Below, one piece after another: positions 56,539 to 64,000 of a stretch of DNA of 64,000 nucleotides (its first letter is position 1; the number at the start of each line of letters is the position of its first letter). This DNA is from a virus. Its lineage: Duplodnaviria > Caudoviricetes. The position numbers and the translations under genes are program-made. Location: positions 33,691-97,690 of IMG/VR virus record IMGVR_UViG_3300021399_000127; one strand, given 5' to 3'. The notes beneath the pieces were generated by a model. The model was given only the letters and a program-made list of their open reading frames with translations. It was not told the DNA's origin and searched no databases.

Positions 56539-56739
56539 AATTTGTTGTGATAGTATTTATGCTGTTATCTGCAGCTTTATTTAGCTTTAAATTGATAATC
56601 AAAAGAAAACACACCTATCTTCACAGACGAGTGTGTTGGTGCATAAACACGTTTCACAACGTATTCTTGCTTTTTCATTAATGGTCCGAAATGTGTAATA
56701 ACCAACAATAGGTAAAAATAAAAGCTGTTTTAAGAATAG

Positions 56740-56851
56740 TACCGCCAATCGGATTCGAACCGATATACACTATAGAGTTATGAGTATAAATTTGGGGCGG
56801 TTTTTAGCTGATCGGCCAGCTGATGTGTATTTCTCCAACTAGAATGACGGC
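56740..56851 (-). ncRNA. tRNA-like element with enlarged central domain
   Basis: GCCGTCA/TGGCGGT acceptor, TTCT/AGAA D-like stem, ATACAC/GTGTAT stem, ATCGG-TTCGAAT-CCGAT T-arm; contains CTCATAA but not in a canonical anticodon arm. Confidence 0.6.
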
Positions 56852-56945
56852 ATAAACAGTACATATCTTCACAGACGTGTACTGTAAACATGAAAACGCT
56901 TTTTCATGGCATGGTTCATGAAAGAAATTTGCCCAAATGCATTGT

Positions 56946-57041
56946 TCCTCACCGCAGAATCGAACTACTTCCCGTTTCGTGACGGCAAATGACCCAAACT
57001 ATACCGTTTCCCTTTTAGCATAGTTTTTATCATAGTGAGGG
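56946..57041 (-). ncRNA. Degenerate tRNA-like element
   Basis: CCTCACT/GGTGAGG acceptor and GTAG-TTCGATT-CTGC T-arm; non-canonical interior. Confidence 0.45.
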
Positions 57042-57158
57042 ATGTGTCCTGATATAATTGTATTTTGAGACAAAGTGTTAGCTAACTCAATTCGAAAATA
57101 CTCAATCAGGACGTTTGCCTAACCCAATAGGCTGAGTACACCCGATCTGCACCCGCTG

Positions 57159-57229
57159 TTGTCTCACAGGGATTCGAACCCCAACAAACAGAACCAAAAC
57201 CTGTTGTGCTACCATTACACCATGAGACA
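57159..57229 (-). tRNA. tRNA-Gln(TTG)
   Basis: TGTCTCA/TGAGACA acceptor, GGTGTAATGGTAGCAC D-arm, ACAGG-TTTTGGT-TCTGT anticodon arm, GGTTCGAATCC. Confidence 0.93.
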
Positions 57230-57472
57230 AAGTGAGCATACTATCTTCACAGACGGTATACTCTAGCATTTAACATAAAAACAAAATGTTGTTGACAAAC
57301 CGTGATTCACATCAGAGCTTGTCTGTTTGCTCAATAACAATTTGTATACTAACAAATGGTTAATAAAAAATGCCTGAAATGTATAAGTATGTATGTAGAA
57401 AACATTGTCAAATTGTTCTCCGTGGTGATAGCAAATCACATAACAGTCATGCTGTTCACGGAGGGAAATATA

Positions 57473-57880
57473 CTACTTCAAATCAATGTAGTGTTGATTA
57501 AACTCGTGCCACTCTCCATCAAATAGAGAAGCTTCAGAGTCTTCATCTTCATCGAGCTGTAAATGTACTACATGCTCAATTTCTTTGGCTACAGCTTGGT
57601 AAAGGCTGCGAGCAACATTGATATTCACAGTGTCTTTCGACATGTATGATTCGAAGTCGTTTATTGCTGTTTCTTTTTCTTCGTCTTCACAGATAGTATC
57701 TGCAAAACTAAAGACTTCATCAAATTCTTTAAGACAAGCAATCATACTGTCTCGTTCTGCTACTGTTCCAGACAATGCCGGACAAACAGGAATTGGTTCT
57801 GATTTGCAATGTGCAATACAAACCGTTGTAAATGCGATCACAAATGCACATATAAAACCCAAAAAACAGTCTTTTTTCAT
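57473..57880 (-). CDS. Acidic membrane/lipoprotein-like protein (paralog of 60065..60448)
   Basis: Hydrophobic N-terminus with Cys; visible similarity to the 60065 ORF. Confidence 0.75.
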   Translation of the reverse strand: MKKDCFLGFICAFVIAFTTVCIAHCKSEPIPVCPALSGTVAERDSMIACLKEFDEVFSFADTICEDEEKETAINDFESYMSKDTVNINVARSLYQAVAKEIEHVVHLQLDEDEDSEASLFDGEWHEFNQHYIDLK

Positions 57881-58460
57881 GTTTTGATAACTTTTAATTG
57901 GTTTGTAACTCTAGTTTGTTGAAAGATTTTAGTTTTAAGCCCTCATACCACATCAAGGTATCTTTCATAATGAGAGATTTTACGTTCTCCCCTGCATGAG
58001 ATGCAAGAGAGAGACGAAGGGATTTCAACCTTTTTTACGTAAAATGTCCTTATTATACGTCGACGTCCAACCTGAAGAATATGTGCCGGACTTTGAGCGA
58101 CATGCATTGAAGTCGATACGGAATGTCAAGTCTTCATTCTCAACAAACAGTCTTATCTTTGTCCTACCTTTATGGACTCACCTCGGCATGATAAGAAACC
58201 TTTTTGATTACGACATAGAGTTGGTGATTACTCTAACGAAGGTCACATACTACTTGCAGCGCGTGGATGTGACTTACACGATTTTGTGGTTACATAACCG
58301 TTTTACTTAGGCTTACGCCTTTGTCAGGAACGCTTATGTAACCTAGTTTAAACTACCACTCGCCAATTTATAGAGACTTGTGACTCTTCCGTTGTAGGAG
58401 TTGGTTTAGTAGTTTATATACAGCGTATCAATAGATTGTTCTATAGAGTCTCATTCGCAG

Positions 58461-58496
58461 TAACCCCCCGAACGCGCTGAGGCGCTGGGGGTTACC
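58461..58496 (-). terminator. GC-rich hairpin downstream of 58501..59181
   Basis: TAACCCCC...GGGGGTTA inverted repeat; no clear U-tract. Confidence 0.4.
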
Positions 58497-58500
58497 GTGA

Positions 58501-59181
58501 TTAGAACGGACGTTCTGCTGGTGCTGCTTGTGTGTCTGCTGGTTGGGCAGGTGCTTGTGCAGATTGTGCTGCTGGTGTAGACTGTGCAGGTTGTGTGGCA
58601 GGGATGTCTTCGTTTGCAGTCTCTGCATTTACCGCTTTGCGATAGAAGCGATTCTCCATACGAGAACCTTGTTCTGCAAGACCAAACTTGTCTACCCAGT
58701 GGTATTCAACTTTGTTGTCCTGCTCTACAGCATGGTCAATGATACAAAAGACAGAAATCTTGTCTTTTGTAACAGGAGTTGTAGTACCCTTGATGTAGAC
58801 TTGTGCACCATTGACATCATTCTGGTAGCACATACCTTTAGCTAGTTTGTACTCCAGTACGACACCGCCTGGTATCTCCAGTAGATCGTCAAGCATCTCG
58901 ACTTGTCCCTCGGCTTTTGCTCTGGGTAGGTCTACAAGGTAGCCACCCTGTGCATCTGGTGTCATTGCTGCATACGGCTTTAATTGGTCGAATAACCCTG
59001 GGAAATCTTCATCCCATAAGATTGTACGACGGCTGCCTGACAGTAAGCACTTTTTGTTCTTGAGGGTTAGGACAATATAACGGCTTTTAACACCGTTATT
59101 ATTCTCATTTTTCGCCGTGCCCAATGACATAGCGATTGTCTTGTAAGTGCCAAACTCAGCACCTTGCATAATTCTTCCCAT
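58501..59181 (-). CDS. Hypothetical early protein with Q/P/A-rich tail
   Basis: 226-aa ORF ending AQAPAQPADTQAAPAERPF. Confidence 0.8.
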   Translation of the reverse strand: MGRIMQGAEFGTYKTIAMSLGTAKNENNNGVKSRYIVLTLKNKKCLLSGSRRTILWDEDFPGLFDQLKPYAAMTPDAQGGYLVDLPRAKAEGQVEMLDDLLEIPGGVVLEYKLAKGMCYQNDVNGAQVYIKGTTTPVTKDKISVFCIIDHAVEQDNKVEYHWVDKFGLAEQGSRMENRFYRKAVNAETANEDIPATQPAQSTPAAQSAQAPAQPADTQAAPAERPF

Positions 59182-59488
59182 AATTCTTGATGATTTTAAG
59201 GGATTAGATGGACGAGAGACATAACGCTATATATTAATACATATGGATACCGAAGTGGTAGGCTATAATGCATTAATACGGTGGACAGAGAGAGTCTCTC
59301 GTTTCTTTCTGTCCGTAGTCACCCAAAAGACGAAGTATGTTGCTTCTAAAGTCGTCGGAAAGGCATATAATCCGGAGGGTTGTCGTAGTATGTTTCTTCT
59401 AAAAGCGTATTAAAGCGTATTCAACAGAGTTCAGTAATCCTCCCTCCCTAGTGGAGGCAGTTTAACGTCATGCCTAGGACGTAGTTGG

Positions 59489-59893
59489 TTAGATGTAGAG
59501 CACGGTAATACCCCAGTCTTTAGCATCTTCCAGTCGAATACGATGTTCCTTGTAGCAATGGTCAATGTCACCTGTCACTGCATTATTACCACATGCGTAC
59601 TCGATGTTGATGTCTATCTGATCCCCATCCAGATTTACTGAATAGTCTTCGTTTATATTAGGATCAATATCTAAGACGTCAGACACCTTGGTTCGGAACA
59701 AGACTGTGTCGGTAACCATAGCACCAACAGCCATACCTTTCAGTATGATATCTAGCATGATTCCAGATGTATCATGTTTCAGTGCTATCTCAACAAGCCT
59801 GTTAATGATGACGTTGGGGTTTGCATCAAATACCGCTTTGATGGCAAAATGGATTGCCTCTCTTTGAGTTGCTCCTGGAGTGTTCATATTCAA
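59489..59893 (-). CDS. Hypothetical early protein
   Basis: About 134-aa ORF. Confidence 0.7.
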   Translation of the reverse strand: MNMNTPGATQREAIHFAIKAVFDANPNVIINRLVEIALKHDTSGIMLDIILKGMAVGAMVTDTVLFRTKVSDVLDIDPNINEDYSVNLDGDQIDINIEYACGNNAVTGDIDHCYKEHRIRLEDAKDWGITVLYI

Positions 59894-60033
59894 ATACCGA
59901 CTTTATCCTGCTGGCACCGCAGTTTAAATTAAATCCGTAATCAAGCAAAAGACATATTTGGTTCTACTAAAATCGTTGACAACACGTATTATAACGTATT
60001 AAATACAGCTCAATATAGTTTCGTTCTAGGAGT

Positions 60034-60059
60034 AGCCCGAGCCCCGAAGGGGCTGGGCT
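60034..60059 (-). terminator. C(UUCG)G-capped hairpin after 60065..60448
   Basis: AGCCC-AGCCCC-TTCG-GGGCT-C-GGGCT on the - strand; no U-tract. Confidence 0.45.
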
Positions 60060-60064
60060 TAGGA

Positions 60065-60448
60065 TCATAGTTGATCAGTACAGTAGAGGAGAAATTTCCT
60101 CCACTGGTTGTCAAACTCAACTACACTCTGGTCATCTGGATCACACTCTAACTGGGCATCAATCACAAGTAGCATTTCGTGTGCCAACAAGCTAAACACA
60201 CCTCTTGCATAAGACACACTAATTGTGTCGTGCTTAAGCATGTTATCCCATGCAGCTAATGCATCACCACCATCATCTGTTTCAGCAACAGTGTCACCTA
60301 ATGGGATTATAGCATTAAACTCTTCAAGACACATACACATGCTGTCAAGTTCATGATTGACAACCAGAGTTTGTGCAGTTTCGTTGTACTGACGCTGTGC
60401 ACATGCTGTCATGACAGCAAGACACAGAAGAATAAGAACGTTCTTCAT
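60065..60448 (-). CDS. Putative lipoprotein
   Basis: Start placed at MKNVLILLCLAVMTAC (lipobox-like); acidic body. Confidence 0.75.
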   Translation of the reverse strand: MKNVLILLCLAVMTACAQRQYNETAQTLVVNHELDSMCMCLEEFNAIIPLGDTVAETDDGGDALAAWDNMLKHDTISVSYARGVFSLLAHEMLLVIDAQLECDPDDQSVVEFDNQWRKFLLYCTDQL

Positions 60449-60540
60449 AATTTTATGATTTATCGTAGACATACAACAGTCACATCTGTTACTATTAAAA
60501 ACAACAACAGCACAGTCCCGAAGGACTGGCTGTCGCTTAG

Positions 60541-60732
60541 TTAAATCTTGTGGCCGCAATACAGTCTGGCAGAGCCATCTGTGTTGGAGACAATCTCGTC
60601 TACATTGACTGTGTGGATACCACCCAAGATGATAGAAAGATTAGCAACTGTTTGAAAGATGCTTTGGTTCTCTGCAATTGTAGCCTGCTGGCGCTTGCCA
60701 GCATAGGTAACTGTAATTTGAATCTGTTTCAT
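60541..60732 (-). CDS. Small hypothetical early protein
   Basis: Start placed at MKQIQITV after an AT-rich leader and the promoter-like motif. Confidence 0.65.
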   Translation of the reverse strand: MKQIQITVTYAGKRQQATIAENQSIFQTVANLSIILGGIHTVNVDEIVSNTDGSARLYCGHKI

Positions 60733-60820
60733 AGCTAAATAGTTTAATAATGTCGTGGACCTGCAAAAGAACAGTTTGGTCCTACTAAAAAGAGCACAAG
60801 AGCCCGTTAGGGCTCTGTGC

Positions 60821-61111
60821 TTAGAATGGCAAATCGTCATCGCAGTAGTAGTCTAAGACTGGTGCGACAATTGGCTTGTTGAATAGATTTAAACCGTCAA
60901 AGTAGGCGTCATACGCCCGCTTAAACGTCAGACTAACTTGTACTGACTCGAAACCAACCGAGTCTAATCCGCCGCCTGAATCGTAGCATGGAACTTCTAC
61001 ATCCTCTTCGCATGTGAACATACATGTGTGTGGATTGTACTCTACGTGAGTGTAATGGAATGTTGTACGCAAGTTGTTTGCGAGTTGAGCGATAGTTGGA
61101 AACATAAGCAT
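60821..61111 (-). CDS. Small acidic early protein ending DDDLPF
   Basis: 96-aa ORF, first gene of the early block. Confidence 0.7.
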   Translation of the reverse strand: MLMFPTIAQLANNLRTTFHYTHVEYNPHTCMFTCEEDVEVPCYDSGGGLDSVGFESVQVSLTFKRAYDAYFDGLNLFNKPIVAPVLDYYCDDDLPF

Positions 61112-61282
61112 AAGAGTTTAAATTAATAATTGCGTAATCGTGCAAAAGATAGCTCTGTTGCTACTAAGTTTAATTATATTCTTACCCCAGGGGGGTGTTG
61201 GACTTGGCGTATCATGTGGGGGAGGTATACAGTGGAGTTTCTCGTTTTTGTACACACACAACACTTTTAAAAAATAAAAAAT

Positions 61283-61314
61283 AAAAAAATCGGAAAGATT
61301 ACTCCTCCCGATTT
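61283..61314 (-). terminator. Intrinsic terminator after the DUF3310 gene
   Basis: AAATCGG...CCGATTT hairpin followed on the - strand by long T-runs. Confidence 0.6.
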
Positions 61315-61393
61315 CTATGCTATATAAGCACTCCTATTGTTATCCCAAAGATAACAGCGATTCCGCATACTGCAGAACCAAACATTAATAAGT

Positions 61394-61924
61394 TCATATG
61401 TTGTTTACTATTTCTATATATTTATTAAGGTACCACATAGCCTTTTTTATATCCTCTATTGGGGTTTCATGCTTCTTATTACATCTGAATAGATACTTGA
61501 AAGCATTAAGTAGACAGAATGACTTAACTTGCTCTTTTCCAAACTGTTGTAGCATTGCATCTATACACTCTATACTTCCTGTATAGTGCTGTGGGTGATT
61601 TACGTTGTCTGCATCTTCTATCTGTTGAGCCATTGTTATGAGTAGGTTGTTTGCCTGTTTTTGTTCCATTTCTTGTAGTTCATGTGGTTCTGCATAGAAT
61701 TTACTAGCTTCTTTGACCAGTAAACTTTTTTCCATCTCTTGTTCAACGTCCTCTGGATCTGCTACATGCAACTCTTTCTTCATTTTTTCGGTAAATTCTT
61801 TCCAGTATTGCTCTTGTGCTTCTGATAGAGAACCCTCAGGTTTGCTCGTGTTTTGTGCCTCATTGTTTGGCTTCGCACACTCGTTTATCTTCTCTTCTAC
61901 TGCTTTATCTATGTTGTTCATCAT
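61394..61924 (-). CDS. DUF3310 domain protein
   Basis: VNHPQHYT, IECIDAM, NAFKYLFR and EDIKKAMWYL motifs. Confidence 0.88.
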   Translation of the reverse strand: MMNNIDKAVEEKINECAKPNNEAQNTSKPEGSLSEAQEQYWKEFTEKMKKELHVADPEDVEQEMEKSLLVKEASKFYAEPHELQEMEQKQANNLLITMAQQIEDADNVNHPQHYTGSIECIDAMLQQFGKEQVKSFCLLNAFKYLFRCNKKHETPIEDIKKAMWYLNKYIEIVNNI

Positions 61925-62832
61925 GCATTTTCTATTACATCTTTAACCATAGTTGCTACTACTTTCATATCTGGATGCACTTTACCAGTAGATTCATGGT
62001 ATCGCAACTGCAAGAACTGCTCCCATTGTTGTTCTGTACCTGTCATACAAATCTCTGTTTTTACGGCATTTGGGAGAACACTACGTGCTTGTTGGGGTTT
62101 CCAACCTCTGTTTAACAACTCCTTATATGCTATTTCTGCGTCATAATACAGTCTGTGTTGTATTGATGTTCCGTCTATTCTGTCCCAGGAAGAGCGTATA
62201 AATGTAATATCATCACTGCCGTAATTACAATATCTCTGGCTCTCTTGAGCAAATGAGAATACTCTATGCCTAACAAGTTCATGTGATACTCCTCTATCTG
62301 TAGTTATTCTTATAGTTGTTCTCTTTATGAATCTATCGTCATACGGGACCATGTGACGCTCTAATATCTTCTCCCAGTCATCTGGACGTAGTTCTACTAA
62401 CACTCTGAGGTTTGTAGTATAGAATACTTCGTGTGTTTCCCAATTATGGTTACTTACAGCATATGGACTCAGTGTCAGATTTAGGGTTATATCGAATGGG
62501 TCACCATCAAACATGCTACCATTCTCATCTCCTTTGAAGTATAAGTAGCACGTACCATGTTCAAGCATTGCAGTATGCTTGCTTTTTATCATTCTTCTTA
62601 CGAATGACTCGGCTGTTATACTCTCACCTCGAATAGGGAAATCTTCAGGTGTGTAACTCTCTGTAAATGTGTCAGTTCCCTCGTCTACATATGAGTTCTT
62701 ATTCTCTGTATAATAGCGATATTTTGGCTTACTTTTATAACAAGTTCTACCAACCATCTCTATTTGTTCATACAGACCTTGCAAACCAGGTTTCTGCGTT
62801 ATTTCTTCACACTTAGGATCTATCAAATTCAT
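61921..62832 (-). CDS. thyX: FAD-dependent thymidylate synthase
   Basis: GRTCYKS, HTAMLEH, RGVSHELVRHR-x-FSFAQESQRY, ARSVLPN and HPDM motifs. Confidence 0.95.
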   Translation of the reverse strand: MNLIDPKCEEITQKPGLQGLYEQIEMVGRTCYKSKPKYRYYTENKNSYVDEGTDTFTESYTPEDFPIRGESITAESFVRRMIKSKHTAMLEHGTCYLYFKGDENGSMFDGDPFDITLNLTLSPYAVSNHNWETHEVFYTTNLRVLVELRPDDWEKILERHMVPYDDRFIKRTTIRITTDRGVSHELVRHRVFSFAQESQRYCNYGSDDITFIRSSWDRIDGTSIQHRLYYDAEIAYKELLNRGWKPQQARSVLPNAVKTEICMTGTEQQWEQFLQLRYHESTGKVHPDMKVVATMVKDVIENA

Positions 62833-62959
62833 TTTTAAACTTCGTTATAGCTTGTTCTACGTATTTTTTACGCTCAGTTTCAGTTAATAATCTTTCGATA
62901 TACCGCTGAACCCATTTGTTTAATTCTTCTTCTGTGAGTTCTATCCCATGTATGTTCAT
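62813..62959 (-). CDS. Small hypothetical protein (48 aa)
   Basis: MNIHGIELTEEELNKW... fills the gap upstream of thyX. Confidence 0.5.
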   Translation of the reverse strand: MNIHGIELTEEELNKWVQRYIERLLTETERKKYVEQAITKFKNEFDRS

Positions 62960-62971
62960 TGGGATATCAGT

Positions 62972-63514
62972 TTAAGTAGTTTCTTCTAATTCTCTATCAT
63001 CAATTTTACTGCTTTCTACCAAGCTTGACTCTATGCGCATTCCTAAAGCTTTTTCAACATGTGCTAATTCTTTTCCACATTTTGCTATAATTGATTCTCC
63101 TTCATCGTTTTTGATAACGTGTTTATAAGACAGATTATTTTTCCAAATATTATATCGTTGTATAGCCTTTTGAAGTTTTTTGCCCTTCGCAAATCGGTAT
63201 AAATGCTGTAATATTCTTTCTGCGTTTACAGCCCCACATGCCCTGATACATGCTATTTCTCCGATGTATGAATATATACCATCTTCACCAAAGCTGTTTT
63301 TAATCAGATTATACTCTATGATAGCTTGTTGTAAGTATTCGTTTTGTATATCGTAAAAAGGTTCTACCTTGGCAATGTAACACGAATTAATTGGGGCTCC
63401 ATGGATAAAAAAATACTTGCATGTATCTGTTACAGATGTGTTTGTAGCCTACAAACTAAGGCAGTCTGCACGAAACAGGATAGTGCTCCACTCTGCTATA
63501 CTTAAATCTTCCAT
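62972..63514 (-). CDS. Hypothetical protein (180 aa, one in-frame TAG)
   Basis: MEDLSIAEWSTILFRADCLSL(TAG)ATNT... is open to TAA 62974-62972; absent from the standard-code track. Confidence 0.7.
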
Positions 63515-63885
63515 TTTCTATCCTCTTTCACAACTTTCATTACACACTCAACAGCCCATCCTATTAAGTATGCCCATGGTTCTTGGTGTTCTACCGATAG
63601 GCTTTCTCCAATACCATACATCACCTCTGCTGCCATATGAAAACATTCATGAGCTATAGTGCCTATTAGCTCTTCTGCCGGGCGATTAAGCGATTCCTCT
63701 GATATTATTATAGCAATATCTTTACCATTTGAGCATGTTACAGCGACTGCATTCTCAAAATTATTAGTATATCCGAACTTTTTACGTGTTTTTTCATCAC
63801 TATGCAGTATAAAATACAGCGTAAATGGATATAACTAAGACTTAAATTTTCGTATAATAGGCTTTATATCTTTCTTCTTAGTCAT
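63502..63885 (-). CDS. Small zincin-like metallopeptidase (127 aa, one in-frame TAG)
   Basis: MTKKKDIKPIIRKFKS(TAG)LYPF...IAHECFH...QEPWAYLIGW; HExxH plus downstream Glu. Confidence 0.75.
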
Positions 63886-64000
63886 ACTAATATATAATAT
63901 TATATTAAGCTTATATAGAGTTATTATTATGTCTATATAACGACATACTTAACTAAATGGTTACAAAAAAGCAAAATTTTAATTTATTTGCAACCAAATT

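Larger units (their letters stand above)
56608..57323 (-). repeat. Dispersed hairpins with GTGAA loops (three with GTCTGTGAAGATA)
   Basis: + strand TATCTTCACAGACG at about 56616, 56864 and 57242 inside different complementary stems; related CGTTGTGAAACG and GATGTGAATC hairpins. Confidence 0.75.
59324..61168 (-). promoter_or_regulatory. Four copies of TTAGTAG-N11-TCTTTTG upstream of early genes (putative phage early promoter)
   Basis: + strand CAAAAGA-N11-CTACTAA at 59946, 60764 and 61143, plus variant CAAAAGA-N12-CTTCTAA at 59324. Confidence 0.6.

Noticed and set aside
56740-56851. Functional tRNA-Met/Ile2(CAT)
   Set aside because: CTCATAA is not closed by a proper 5-bp stem and about 40 extra nt are present; kept only as tRNA-like.
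56608-57263. Mini-CRISPR from the TATCTTCACAGACG repeats
   Set aside because: Only 14 nt, irregular spacing of 250-380 nt, and embedded in hairpins.
57200-57473. Long TAG read-through extension of 57473..57880
   Set aside because: The paralog ends at the same position, and the extension would run through hairpins and tRNA-Gln.
57691-57706. Additional TCTTCACAGA hairpin copy
   Set aside because: Lies inside a coding sequence (ICEDE) without an extended stem; probably chance.

Overview
The window is a fragment of a large crAss-like (Crassvirales) phage genome, probably with a Bacteroidota host. It has three blocks. (1) 1-30892, + strand: late/virion genes in which TAG is a sense codon (Gln, code 15), so the fragmented ORF track collapses into five genes. 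These are the 3' end of the muzzle/tail-stabilisation gene, two ejected cargo proteins, a ~5905-aa virion RNA polymerase polyprotein and a ~2678-aa companion protein. The polymerase has a DFDID motif, a zincin domain and a C-terminal Macro-like / NADAR-like / DUF1848 radical-SAM-like / SLOG array. (2) 30969-61111, - strand, standard code: replication genes (exonuclease, endonuclease, primase, SSB-like, AAA ATPase, DnaB-like helicase, PolB), an ECF sigma factor and many small early genes. This block is rich in RNA elements: tRNA-Met, tRNA-Leu(UAA) split by a group I intron, an aberrant CUA tRNA, tRNA-Gln, a circularly permuted two-piece tmRNA, several anticodon-less tRNA-like elements and a 2.1-kb structured non-coding region. 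(3) After a likely genome-end region (~61.2 kb): DUF3310, thyX and two more TAG-recoded genes on the - strand. All family assignments come from motif recognition by eye, with no database searches.
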